Counted from the first letter of the stretch, positions 9,771 through 19,427 are shown. The stretch is DNA of 51,339 nt from Candidatus Taylorbacteria bacterium RIFCSPHIGHO2_01_FULL_51_15 (GCA_001820935.1 MHRI01000011.1:2718-54056); one strand, 5' to 3'. Made by a program: numbers and translations. The notes: a model not told the origin generated them from the letters alone.

Positions 9771-10355
9771 ATGTCAATTTTAATCCCTACAGTCATAGAA
9801 AAAACCACTTACGGCGAACGCGCGTATGACATCTACTCGCGCCTTCTCAAAGAAAACATTATCTTTCTCGGCGGCCCCATCGACGACCATACGGCGAACC
9901 TCATCATCGCCCAGCTCCTGTTTCTCCAATCTGAAGACCCGAAGAAAGAGGTGAATATCTACATCAATTCGCCTGGCGGTTCAGTCACTTCGACCCTCGC
10001 GATCATCGACACCATGAACCATATTAAAAACGACGTTGCCACCACTTGCGTTGGCATCGCCGCGTCGGGCGCCGCGATGGTGCTCTCCTCTGGGAGGAAA
10101 GGCAAGCGCTACATTCTCCCGAACGCGGAGGTCATGATCCACCAGCCACTCGGCGGTGTTGAGGGACAGGCTACGGATATCGCGATTACCGCAAAACATA
10201 TCCTTCAAACAAAGGATAAGCTTAATAAAATGCTCGCGCACAATACCGGAAAGTCGCTCGCTCAAATTGAGAAAGATGTGGAGCGCGACTTCTTTATGAC
10301 CGCTGATGAGGCGAGAAAATACGGCATCATAGATAAGGTCATTCAGGTGGTTTGA
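9771..10355 (+). CDS. clpP: ATP-dependent Clp protease proteolytic subunit
   Basis: [25 protein letters not shown] and ERD motifs. Confidence 0.97.
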   Translation: MSILIPTVIEKTTYGERAYDIYSRLLKENIIFLGGPIDDHTANLIIAQLLFLQSEDPKKEVNIYINSPGGSVTSTLAIIDTMNHIKNDVATTCVGIAASGAAMVLSSGRKGKRYILPNAEVMIHQPLGGVEGQATDIAITAKHILQTKDKLNKMLAHNTGKSLAQIEKDVERDFFMTADEARKYGIIDKVIQVV

Positions 10356-10377
10356 GTTTCTTAACTCAAATCATACC

Positions 10378-10481
10378 GAGGCTTTGCGAGGGATACGTCG
10401 CTTCGCTCCTGAAGAGTTGGGCGCCCCGACGCAACGTCGGGGCATCCTCAAAAATCATAGTCGCTTCGCTCCTTGATTTTT
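10378..10481. repeat. Compound palindromic repeat
   Basis: GCCCCGAC-gcaac-GTCGGGGC hairpin, two GTCGCTTCGCTCC copies and AAAATCA..TGATTTT arms; resembles the flanks of the GIY-YIG cassette (2845-2883). Confidence 0.6.
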
Positions 10482-10686
10482 GGGAGCTGTACTTTTTTGT
10501 ATGATCTTGTATACTGGGCACATTAGAAATTGACATGGTGACTTCGTTCATTACGCGCTAATTCCCGATTCAAGCCGATTGTTTTTTCTCCCTCGACGTA
10601 TGTCGAAGGACGGACACAGGTATGGTTTCTAAACAACTAGCTTTCATAGGGTCAACGTACGCATAAAAGCGGGGTCTTTTAGCAAT

Positions 10687-12216
10687 ATGGAACTTAAACT
10701 CGTGGCGCTCATTGCGGGCGTCGCGGGCGTTGTCGGTATCGCGCTCGGCTACTATCTTCGACTGATCATTTCGCTCGGGAAGCGCGGCTCAATGGAGCTC
10801 GAGATCAAGTCGATGGAACTTTCCGCGACGGAGGGGGCGAAGAAGATTACTCTCCGCGCGCAGGAAGAAGCGGCCAAGGTGCTTTCCGAAGCCCGCAGTG
10901 AACTCAAAGAAAAAGAGGAGAAGATAAAAAAGACGGAAGATCGCCTAATTAAGAAGGAAGATTTGCTGGACAAGCGACAAGGCGACATCGACAAGGAAGT
11001 CGAGGAAATAAAGGGGAAAATTGCCGAAGTAAAGCGTGTTAAGGAAAAAATAGCGGAGATGGAAGAGAGCAAGCGCGCGGAGCTTGAAAAAATCGCGCAT
11101 CTCTCGGAGGAGGAAGCGAAACAACAACTGTACGCGAACCTCGAGCAGAAGTACGAAGAAGATCTCATCATACGCACTCAAAAACTCGAACGCTCCGGCG
11201 AAGAGCGGCTCGAGAAGCGCGCGAAAGAGATTTTGACGACCTCGATTCAGCGCCTTGGAAACTCTGTTTCGCCTGATATTCTCACCACGACGGTGAATAT
11301 CCCGAGTGATGAGATTAAGGGTAAGATTATTGGCAAGGAAGGACGCAATATCAAAGCGTTCGAACGTGCCACGGGGGTTGAGGTGATCGTCGACGATACG
11401 CCAGGCACCATCACGATTTCTTCATTTGATCCAATTCGCAGGCAAATCGCGCGCATCGCGCTCGAAAACCTCATTCTTGATGGGCGTATTCAGCCCGCCA
11501 AGATCGAGGGCGCGGTTGAGAAGGCGCAGCAAGATATCAATAAAATCATCAAAGAAAAGGGGCAGCAGGCCGCGTATGAGTGCGGGGTCATCAATCTCCC
11601 GCCACAGGTGATCGCAATTTTAGGTCGGTTACATTTCCGCACAAGCTATGGCCAGAATGTGCTCCAGCATTCGATTGAAATGGCGCACATCGCCGGCATG
11701 ATAGCCGAGGAGCTTAAGGCTAATGTCGCGGTCGCGAGGGCGGGTGCGCTCCTGCATGACCTTGGAAAAGCCGTGGATCACGAAGTGCAAGGTACGCACG
11801 TCGAGATCGGCCGCAGGATTCTGCAAAAATTCGGTGTTGACCCCCTGGTCATCAAAGCCATGGAAGCTCATCACGGTGAGTATCCTTACGAAACGCTGGA
11901 ATCCTACATTGTACAGACGGCTGATGCTATTTCGGGAGCCCGTCCCGGGGCGCGTCGCGATTCCGTTGAAAACTATCTGAAGCGCTTGGCAGAGCTTGAG
12001 GCCATTGCGACCTCCTTCAAGGGAGTAGAGAAGGCGTACGCGTTGCAGGCGGGGCGAGAAATTCGCATTTTCGTTAAGCCGGAGGAGATGGGCGATTTAG
12101 AAGCTAAGAATATGGCTCGCGGAGTTGCGGATCGGGTGGAAAAAGAGCTCAAATACCCGGGAGAGATCAAAATAACGGTCATCAGAGAAACTCGCGTTAT
12201 AGAATACGCGAGATAA
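10687..12216 (+). CDS. rny: Ribonuclease Y
   Basis: N-terminal TM, coiled coil, KH (KGKIIGKEGRNI), HD domain (LLHDLGK), ADAISGARPGAR. Confidence 0.98.
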   Translation: MELKLVALIAGVAGVVGIALGYYLRLIISLGKRGSMELEIKSMELSATEGAKKITLRAQEEAAKVLSEARSELKEKEEKIKKTEDRLIKKEDLLDKRQGDIDKEVEEIKGKIAEVKRVKEKIAEMEESKRAELEKIAHLSEEEAKQQLYANLEQKYEEDLIIRTQKLERSGEERLEKRAKEILTTSIQRLGNSVSPDILTTTVNIPSDEIKGKIIGKEGRNIKAFERATGVEVIVDDTPGTITISSFDPIRRQIARIALENLILDGRIQPAKIEGAVEKAQQDINKIIKEKGQQAAYECGVINLPPQVIAILGRLHFRTSYGQNVLQHSIEMAHIAGMIAEELKANVAVARAGALLHDLGKAVDHEVQGTHVEIGRRILQKFGVDPLVIKAMEAHHGEYPYETLESYIVQTADAISGARPGARRDSVENYLKRLAELEAIATSFKGVEKAYALQAGREIRIFVKPEEMGDLEAKNMARGVADRVEKELKYPGEIKITVIRETRVIEYAR

Positions 12217-12659
12217 ACATACGAAAACACAAATTAAAGTCCAACGAATGACTACGAATAAGAAACCGAGCATCTTCCCCTCCCCCAGCTCCCCTGCCAG
12301 AGGGGAGCTCCCGAGTCGGCGAGGGTGAGGGGTGTGAGCAAGGGGGAGATCAAGAAGGGGTTCTTCCTCCCCCCTTCCGCCAGCTAGCGGAATAATAAGC
12401 AATGAAAAAGCAGAAAGCACTAGAAACTTTTAGCGCTTTTTGATTTTTAGGACAGTGAACAGAGTTCTTGTCAACATTTTCGGAGGTATTGCACCAAAAA
12501 TGGCCTCCTATATAATGATTTAACAGTTTTATCAGTCTTTTATTAGGTCGAAGATTTAGTAATCGCAAAGATATACCAAAGTACGGCGCGCGTATTAATG
12601 AATGCCTTATTCGTAGTCATTCGTTGATTCGTATCATTCGTATTTTCGTATGTTTATCT
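12211..12659. repeat. ACGAAT-type inverted arms enclosing a nested repeat and AT-rich sequence
   Basis: Arms 12211-12262 and 12606-12659; CAACGAATGACTACGAATAAG is a perfect 21-bp IR. Confidence 0.8.
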
Positions 12660-12663
12660 ACTT

Positions 12664-12936
12664 ATGAATAAACAAGGTATTGTTGAGGCGGTCCATGGCG
12701 TACTTGGCGGCACGAAGGTGCAGGCAGAGCAAGCCGTTGAAAAGATGCTTGAGTCAATCGTCTCGACCCTCAAGAGTGGCGAAGAGGTTTCGATCGCGGG
12801 TCTTGGCATTTTCTCGGTCAAGCAGCGCGCCGCTCGTCAGGCCCGCAATCCGCGAACCGGTGAGATGGTGCAGGTAGCGGCCATGAAAGTGCCAAAATTC
12901 CGTGCCGCGAAAGCACTCAAGGATGCCGTAAAGTAA
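12664..12936 (+). CDS. hup: HU family DNA-binding protein
   Basis: MNKQGIV...GLGIF...RNPRTGE...PKFRAAKALKDAVK. Confidence 0.96.
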   Translation: MNKQGIVEAVHGVLGGTKVQAEQAVEKMLESIVSTLKSGEEVSIAGLGIFSVKQRAARQARNPRTGEMVQVAAMKVPKFRAAKALKDAVK

Positions 12937-13016
12937 ACAGGAGCTAGATACAACAGGCATTAGGCTCTAGAAAATCAAAACCCGCCGTTCTTTAGTCCGT
13001 TTCTACGGACCGGGCG

Positions 13017-13050
13017 AACAAAATCCTCCCATTCGGGAGGATTTTGTTTT
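13017..13050. terminator. Bidirectional intrinsic terminator
   Basis: AACAAAATCCTCCC-attc-GGGAGGATTTTGTT between convergent hup and the radical SAM gene. Confidence 0.75.
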
Positions 13051-13133
13051 AGTCGACGAGTTTCATGATGCAAGCAAAAACCCGCAATTCGTTTTTAGCG
13101 AATCGCGGGGGTGAGATCTTCGAGTAAACACTC

Positions 13134-14426
13134 TTAACCTGCAAAGTGCTGCTGAACCCTATTCCACACTTCCGAATAAAACTTCGTGGGAAGTGAGATT
13201 CCATCCTTCACACAGTGATTGTTGAAGGCGTTGACGCGGTAGTTGCTGCTGTTCTGCCAGATCTCCCTAAGAGGCATCGTCCGAACATCGGGATACACCT
13301 CAAAATCCGGCGTGTCGTTCCCCGGACACCTCCAGACTCGTCCGTCCGCGTGAATGTACAGTCCGTGAGTCAGTTGATTGCATGGAGTGGTACCGATGTA
13401 GGGGTGCACTCCCTCCTCTTTGAGCTGCGGGAGGGTCATGACTCCTCGTTCAATCGCCCATGTGTACACGTCAACCGCGAGGTTGATGTAGCGCTCCACG
13501 AAGAGCTCCTCCATGGCGGAGCGTTCACCTGCGTGACCCTTGCCGCTTACCATTGTCGGCGGAAGATACGTGGGCATGTTTCTCTCCACGGCCCATTTGT
13601 ATATCTCAAACACGCCGCCGATGTTCTGATGAGTTACCGGATTGCATTGCACCGTCATGCGCTGGCACATGAGGTCCGCGTTCAGCCCCGCCCGGGCAAG
13701 CCGTTCGTAGGCGATGCACAGAGCCTCGTAATAATTGACGTGCGCCGCATCTTCCCTGTTTCGAATCGGAATGAATCGATTTTCCCACTCTGGGTCGAAC
13801 GAGCGACCTTCAACGTAGAGGTTCACATTGTGGTACTCAAGGATTCTCCGAAGCAATTCTTCCGACCCTATGCCGTGATACTTGTGCGCAAGCCAGTCAT
13901 TTCCGAGTACCGCCGCTTTGGTGAAGATACCCAGAATGATGTGGTGCCTGCGCGTGTACTCCAAGACACTCCAGAGTTCTTTCTTCTCCAAGAGTTCGCC
14001 CGGCCCAAGGAATTTGATTGACTCAAGACCGAGTTCGGGCGCTTGATCAAGAACCCTGAAAACCTCACTCAAGTAGAGAACGTAGTTCTTCAGCATCGCT
14101 TCATTGAAGCAGAGCGGACACTTCATCGTGCATTGATACCATTCCCCGAAAGCACGATTCGCTTCATCCGAGCCGGGAGGAAACTCATTAACCATTCTCG
14201 CGAAGTCATCGCCTGGAATGTTCACATCAAGCGTGAGCAGCTTTTTGATGCGTTTTCCTCCAATTTCAACTGTTTCTGTGTGCCGACCAGGAAGAAACGA
14301 CCAGCTCCGTGCCATCATCCGGTATCCCTCCGGGATCTGACCTTTAGGCGGAAGAATGGCGGGAATGTTCGGGAATTTGTTTACAAGTCGCATATGGAGA
14401 TTCTGTTTGGGTTGTTCGGGTTTCAA
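13134..14426 (-). CDS. Radical SAM protein with SPASM/twitch-like C-terminus
   Basis: CxxxCxxC (CTMKCPLC), GPGE(L) motif, C-terminal C...GLYIHADGRVWRC...LREIW...C. Confidence 0.85.
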   Translation of the reverse strand: MKPEQPKQNLHMRLVNKFPNIPAILPPKGQIPEGYRMMARSWSFLPGRHTETVEIGGKRIKKLLTLDVNIPGDDFARMVNEFPPGSDEANRAFGEWYQCTMKCPLCFNEAMLKNYVLYLSEVFRVLDQAPELGLESIKFLGPGELLEKKELWSVLEYTRRHHIILGIFTKAAVLGNDWLAHKYHGIGSEELLRRILEYHNVNLYVEGRSFDPEWENRFIPIRNREDAAHVNYYEALCIAYERLARAGLNADLMCQRMTVQCNPVTHQNIGGVFEIYKWAVERNMPTYLPPTMVSGKGHAGERSAMEELFVERYINLAVDVYTWAIERGVMTLPQLKEEGVHPYIGTTPCNQLTHGLYIHADGRVWRCPGNDTPDFEVYPDVRTMPLREIWQNSSNYRVNAFNNHCVKDGISLPTKFYSEVWNRVQQHFAG

Positions 14427-14478
14427 AGAACTTCAGGTGTCACAATCGTGAGCTGAGTCTCCTTGACTTTCTGGATAG

Positions 14479-14508
14479 ATTATATCGTAATAGTCAGTTG
14501 ATTGTCAA
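14479..14508 (-). promoter_or_regulatory. Consensus sigma70 promoter of the radical SAM gene
   Basis: Minus-strand TTGACA-N18-TATAAT. Confidence 0.75.
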
Positions 14509-14627
14509 AGATAATCATCAGATGGAATGTCTACCAAAGCCTTATTTATCAATATTATTAGGTGATATGGACATACTTTTGTGGAAACAGATTGACACAA
14601 TTGCCGTTGTGAGACATACTTACAGTT

Positions 14628-15410
14628 ATGCATGACCTCATAAAGGAACTACCGCTGACTCTTCAGAGCCTTGGCTTCAGTGAAAAGGAAGCTACCGTAT
14701 ATGTGGCTTTACTTGAACTTGGCCGTGGAACCGTGACAGAGATCGCACGAAGGGCGGGTATCAACCGCACGACCGGCTATGACATTCTCGATTCCCTTGC
14801 AGGTAAGGGAGTGGTGAACATATCCGGCAAAGAACCAAAACAGGAATATGCGGCTGAACCCCCAGAAGCCGTTGTGCAGTACTTGAAAAAAGAGTTAGGG
14901 GTGGCTAAAGAACGGATTGAAAAAGCGGAAGACTTCCTTCCCCGACTTCGCTCCGTACACGCAACCCAAAATCGCCCACGTATTAAGTTTTACGAGGGAA
15001 CCGAGGGGCTCAAACAGGTGTATGAGGACACACTTACTTCGAGTGAACCGATCCGAGCCTATGCGAACGCCGATGAAGTGCAGAAAGGCATACCGAACTA
15101 CTTCCCTGAGTATTACAAACGAAGAGCGCGAAAGGGTATTTCCATTCGAGCGATATTTCCCCAAACAACTGCGGGAATCGCGCGAAGCGCCTTTGATTTC
15201 GAAGAAAAACGAGAGGTGGCGTTTGTTCCGGCGGACAAATACTATTTTTCTCCAGAAATAAACATTTATGACAACAAGGTTATGATCGCCTCATGGCGAG
15301 AGAAACTTGGGGTCATTATGGAGAGCGCGGAAATTGCCGATGCGATGAAAAAAATCTATGAGCTCGCTTGGGCTGAAGCGAAGCGACTAGACAAGAATCT
15401 TCGTACGTAA
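14628..15410 (+). CDS. TrmB-family transcriptional regulator
   Basis: LGFSEKEATVYVALLELG...INRTTGYDIL HTH, FYEG.EGLK, EINIYDNKV. TTGACA-N17-CATACT ends 7 nt before the ATG. Confidence 0.9.
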   Translation: MHDLIKELPLTLQSLGFSEKEATVYVALLELGRGTVTEIARRAGINRTTGYDILDSLAGKGVVNISGKEPKQEYAAEPPEAVVQYLKKELGVAKERIEKAEDFLPRLRSVHATQNRPRIKFYEGTEGLKQVYEDTLTSSEPIRAYANADEVQKGIPNYFPEYYKRRARKGISIRAIFPQTTAGIARSAFDFEEKREVAFVPADKYYFSPEINIYDNKVMIASWREKLGVIMESAEIADAMKKIYELAWAEAKRLDKNLRT

Positions 15411-15436
15411 TGTTCCAGACTATGACAATTGACGTT

Positions 15437-15507
15437 TGCGGGCGCCGGGAATCGAACCCGGACGTACTGCTTGGAAGGCAATCGTTCTACCATTAAACCA
15501 CGCCCGC
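15437..15507 (-). tRNA. tRNA-Gly(TCC)
   Basis: GCGGGCG acceptor stem, anticodon loop TT-TCC-AA, GGTTCGATTCC T arm, no encoded CCA. Confidence 0.95.
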
Positions 15508-15601
15508 GGTGCTCCGAATCGTAGCAAAAAAGAGACTTACCCGCAATTTTGCGTGAAGGTGTATTCGTCATAAAGTAGCGGGCCCTGTATAATCCATTTC
15601 T

Positions 15602-16726
15602 ATGTTCACGCTCCGTATGAGATATGTTGCGTTTGCAATGCTCGCTCTCTTTTCCGCATTTGGCACAGCGTTATTTACTGCTGAGTCTCTGAGTGCGGAT
15701 ACCGTTATCCCACCTCCGTTTCATTTTGAGCGGACATTGTGGGTTGGCGCGCGAGGAAGCGATGTGCGCTACCTGCAGACGCTCCTCAACCGCGATAGTG
15801 ACACAGCCGTTGGTACGCCAGGACTCCCGGGAAGCTCCGGCAACGAGACCGACTTTTTCGGCGCGGCAACACGAAGAGCTGTAGTGAAGTTCCAGGAAAA
15901 ATACGCCGCGGAGGTCCTAAAGCCCGCGGGTCTCACGCGAGGCACGGGTTTTGTGGGTTCCTTCACGATAAAAAAGCTAAACTCACTTCTAGAAAATGCT
16001 AGGGGGGAAGCGTTGGAAGTACCTCCACCAGAAGTACCGCTCCCACCCCGGCAGATCGACGCCGCACCGAAATTTTCTTTTGATGAGCTTAATTCGCGCA
16101 CGCGCGAAGCGCTCGTAAATATCATCTGCACGAGTAAGCAAGGTGGATCGTTTAACCCCGTATCTGGAAGTGGGGTGCTTGTGGATTCGCGTGGGGTGAT
16201 CCTCACTAACGCGCATGTGGGGCAGTACTTCTTACTTGGAGATTATCCAACGCCTGATTTTATTGACTGTCTCATTCGCACCGGAGAACCTGCGCGAAAC
16301 CGCTACAAAGCGAAGGTGCTCTACCTTTCTTTGCCTTGGATCAAAGAGAATGCGAAAGAGATAAACGCGGAGCGCGCGACCGGAACGGGAGAAAACGATT
16401 TTGCGTTACTCCTCATCACCGATTCGATAAACGCGGAGCTCCCACTTCCACCTGCCTTCCCCTTCCTTCCTATGAAGAGTGCACATGCGCCTGTTCGAAC
16501 GGGGGCGAAAGTACTTGCGGCCGGATACCCGGCGGGATTTCTTGGCGGTATTAGCATCCAGAGAGATTTGTACCCTAGTTCGTCCGTGGTCTCTGTGGAA
16601 GCACAGTACAGTTTCGACGAGGGTGCAGCCGACGTACTCTCGATCGGCGGCTCTGTCCTAGCTCAACAGGGTTCAAGCGGAGGCGCGGTGGTAAACGATG
16701 AGGGTCGTCTGGTTGAACCCTGTTGA
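15602..16726 (+). CDS. Peptidoglycan-binding domain plus trypsin-like serine protease, C-terminus apparently disrupted
   Basis: Signal peptide, GxRGSDVRYLQ...TRRAVVKFQ PG-binding domain, ILTNAHV, DFALL and GSSGG triad motifs; stops about 12 aa after GSSGG. Confidence 0.85.
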   Translation: MFTLRMRYVAFAMLALFSAFGTALFTAESLSADTVIPPPFHFERTLWVGARGSDVRYLQTLLNRDSDTAVGTPGLPGSSGNETDFFGAATRRAVVKFQEKYAAEVLKPAGLTRGTGFVGSFTIKKLNSLLENARGEALEVPPPEVPLPPRQIDAAPKFSFDELNSRTREALVNIICTSKQGGSFNPVSGSGVLVDSRGVILTNAHVGQYFLLGDYPTPDFIDCLIRTGEPARNRYKAKVLYLSLPWIKENAKEINAERATGTGENDFALLLITDSINAELPLPPAFPFLPMKSAHAPVRTGAKVLAAGYPAGFLGGISIQRDLYPSSSVVSVEAQYSFDEGAADVLSIGGSVLAQQGSSGGAVVNDEGRLVEPC

Positions 16727-16808
16727 GACAATCAGAAAAATTCTCACAGACGCGATCGAGGGGGATTAGAAGTGTGCACTCTGATCAAAGACGGCTCGGT
16801 CTCAGAAG

Positions 16809-17123
16809 TCACGAGGGATACTGAAAAGGCTGCTCTGAAAGTTCAATGAGGCGCTCCATGTTGTCTTCTTTGGCGACATCCTGCGCGCGAATGAAACCGC
16901 ACCGAGTGCATTTATGTATGATTCGGGAAACTCCGCCTGAAGAAACGAGGGCACTTTGCGGCTCCATAGAGCCTCCGCAGAGGGAAGCGCGATCACCAGG
17001 GTTCTCGTCGACATGTTTGCTCCAAAGGCACGCGGGACAGTGGTTGGTATACCCGCTGCCGGTTACACGCGCGCCGCACTCCTCACAGACAAAGTCTTCG
17101 ATGTTACGAATAAAGCGTTTCAT
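16809..17123 (-). CDS. RNHCP domain protein
   Basis: FVCEECG...YTNHCPACLWSKHVD..PGDRAS.CGG.M.P...HKCTRCG. Confidence 0.88.
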   Translation of the reverse strand: MKRFIRNIEDFVCEECGARVTGSGYTNHCPACLWSKHVDENPGDRASLCGGSMEPQSALVSSGGVSRIIHKCTRCGFIRAQDVAKEDNMERLIELSEQPFQYPS

Positions 17124-17126
17124 AGA

Positions 17127-18044
17127 CTACTTTGCGAGTACAAATACCCTGCCTTTTCTTTCCAAGAAACCTTCAGCGGTGAGCTGTAAAAATATCTCCT
17201 TGATGGGAAATGCGAACTCTTGCGCTCTAAAGTCGGAGAAAGCCACGACGTCGTTTTCTGTAGCCCGCCGCAGTATTGCCCCTCGAAGCTCTCTTTTTGA
17301 TCCTTTGAACTTCGATTGCCTCAAGTATGCTCTCGCGCGAACGTTTGGATTGCCTACAGTTTTCTTAAGCATCGCTCCATAATCCATGAGCGCGTGGTAC
17401 CACTCTCGTATCTGTTGTCGACTTCCGATTCTTTTCCCCACCTGCCCGAGGAGGGGTGCCGAGTCCGCGCCGCGCCCCGTAACCGTCTTCGTGGTGCTGG
17501 GGAGGCGGGGTGGTGGGAGCAAAGGGGTAGTTATTTGGATCACCTCTAAGATCTCCGCATCCCGTACCTTCCACTTGCCCTTGAAGAAGGAATGAAGGTA
17601 TACGGTTCGAATATTTGTCTCGATAATTGGGGAGGCGACGCCAAAGGCAAACGCGGCGATGGCGCCCGCAGTGTATGGGCCAACGCCGGGAAGCGCGTCT
17701 ATGGCGGCGATACTCCGAGGAAAGATGCCGCGATGCTTACTCACAATTATTTCCGCCGCGTTTTTCAGAGCGAGCGCCCGCCGATTATAGCCAAGCCCCT
17801 GCCACGCCTTGAGGACGTCGCGGACTGGCGCCTTGGCAAGTGCGTAGGGAGTCGGAAATTTCTCGAGAAAGGCGGTGAAAAACGGGATGACCCTATCAGC
17901 CTGCGTTTGCTGAAGCATTATTTCCGAAACAAGAATCGCGTACGGATCCTTCGTCTCTCGCCACGGAAAATTCCGCTTGTGCGTTCGATAGTAGCTCGTG
18001 ATCGTCTTTTGAAACGCCTTCACGCTCGATGTGCTAAGTTTCAT
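17127..18044 (-). CDS. mutY: A/G-specific adenine glycosylase-like (HhH-GPD)
   Basis: PWR...PYAILVSEIMLQQTQ, WQGLGYNRRA, LPGVGPYTA; lacks the Fe-S Cys motif and carries an in-frame repeat insertion. Confidence 0.88.
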   Translation of the reverse strand: MKLSTSSVKAFQKTITSYYRTHKRNFPWRETKDPYAILVSEIMLQQTQADRVIPFFTAFLEKFPTPYALAKAPVRDVLKAWQGLGYNRRALALKNAAEIIVSKHRGIFPRSIAAIDALPGVGPYTAGAIAAFAFGVASPIIETNIRTVYLHSFFKGKWKVRDAEILEVIQITTPLLPPPRLPSTTKTVTGRGADSAPLLGQVGKRIGSRQQIREWYHALMDYGAMLKKTVGNPNVRARAYLRQSKFKGSKRELRGAILRRATENDVVAFSDFRAQEFAFPIKEIFLQLTAEGFLERKGRVFVLAK

Positions 18045-18048
18045 GGAG

Positions 18049-18693
18049 TCATCTTAGCGCCTCTTTCTGTCTTCGCCAATGACGACTTTTGATGCGTTGA
18101 AGCAGCGCGTCTTTCTTCATCCGACTCATATATGATTTCCCAAACCGGACACACACGCTGTTCACGCGACTCCAATAATTCTGGGGGAAGAGCTTCTTCA
18201 GATCCTCCTCTATTTTGTCCGGATTGGTATGTGCGGTCCATCCGAGTTGTCGTGAGATGTAGGCTACATGTGTGTCGACGCCGATTGCGTCAGCTCCATA
18301 TTCAGAAAGGAATACGTTGGCAGTCTTACGGCCAACACCGGGAAGGAGAATGAGTCTCGCGTGATCGTGCGGAAGTTTCCCGGCATGTTCTTCGATAAGC
18401 ACTCGGGCAAGAGAGATGACATACTTTGTTTTATTCTGAAAGAAGTTTACTGGTCGGATAATGGCGGCAACCTCTTCTGGTCTCGCTCTTGCCAATGCTT
18501 CAGGTGTTTTGAAAAAAGAGAAGAGTTTTTCCGCAACAAAAACCGTCACCTCGTCCCGCGTCCGCGCGGACATGAGAATCGAGATGAGGGTTTGCCACTC
18601 TTCCTTCCACCCTTCGGCGGCAAGGCGCATGGTTTTTACCCCGCCCAGCCGCTCCAGTACTTCCAGTTGTCTAATCGCCGTTTTTTGCTGCAT
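18049..18693 (-). CDS. nth: Endonuclease III-like glycosylase
   Basis: LPGVGRKTANV, IGVDTHV; no C-terminal Cys4 motif. ATG 18693 chosen. Confidence 0.88.
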   Translation of the reverse strand: MQQKTAIRQLEVLERLGGVKTMRLAAEGWKEEWQTLISILMSARTRDEVTVFVAEKLFSFFKTPEALARARPEEVAAIIRPVNFFQNKTKYVISLARVLIEEHAGKLPHDHARLILLPGVGRKTANVFLSEYGADAIGVDTHVAYISRQLGWTAHTNPDKIEEDLKKLFPQNYWSRVNSVCVRFGKSYMSRMKKDALLQRIKSRHWRRQKEALR

Positions 18694-19309
18694 TGTATTG
18701 TTCCCCAAGATTTAGTTCACACTGTGCCAAAATTTTTCTGCAGGTAGAGTGCGCGCCCAGGTGGCAGAGCGCGAGGGTGGAAGCTTTGAGCGCGAGTGGC
18801 TTCTCAAGGGGAGGTAGCGTACCAAACCCTATAGTGATATGGGGATGGAACTGTGCATGTATGTTGGTGCTCACCTTCCCGCTCGCCCAGTACTCGGAAA
18901 GCTTCGCAGGCGTTCCATAAAACATATCCGTGCGCACGCCTTCATACGTGCACCGCGCGATAATGTCGGTGAGAATGCGCTCATGCAGGTGCTGTAGTTC
19001 ATCCGTCTTCCGTACGTTCAGGCCGGAAATAACCCGCCCATCACGACGAACGGGCCCGACCTCGACACCCTGCACCACGAGGTCAAGTGGAGCATAGCTT
19101 CCCGCTATTTTTTCCAGTCTCTGTGAAATTTCCGGGAGCTTATCCTCCTCCATAAGTCCCATGGCAAGCGTCACATGTGGAATACCGCCTTTCTCTCCCA
19201 GTACGATTTCGTCCTCCGCGCCGGTGAGCAGCTCTTTGTTTAGAGCAATGACAATATTTGATGCGGCCTCATCGACAAGTAGCGCCACGTCAATAGCAAG
19301 TTTAGACAT
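18671..19309 (-). CDS. 2H phosphoesterase (2'-5' RNA ligase family)
   Basis: Two HxT motifs (PHVTL, PHITI). Confidence 0.8.
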   Translation of the reverse strand: MSKLAIDVALLVDEAASNIVIALNKELLTGAEDEIVLGEKGGIPHVTLAMGLMEEDKLPEISQRLEKIAGSYAPLDLVVQGVEVGPVRRDGRVISGLNVRKTDELQHLHERILTDIIARCTYEGVRTDMFYGTPAKLSEYWASGKVSTNIHAQFHPHITIGFGTLPPLEKPLALKASTLALCHLGAHSTCRKILAQCELNLGEQYNAAKNGD

Positions 19310-19427
19310 AATATCAGATTAGCACAGAGAAGACGCTCTGCCATTCTGAATAAAAAACATCTTCAAGACCGGGGTGCATTGGGAGCGATGTTTACATGCT
19401 CCACCATTTATGTGTTACTCTTATAAC

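Noticed and set aside
13134..15507. tRNA-anchored prophage or integrative island
   Set aside because: No integrase, phage genes or duplicated tRNA 3' end (att) seen.
16719..16810. IS remnant with TGAGAC/GTCTCA ends
   Set aside because: The match is only about 6-8 bp; the 15-bp fold-back to 16662 explains the junction better.
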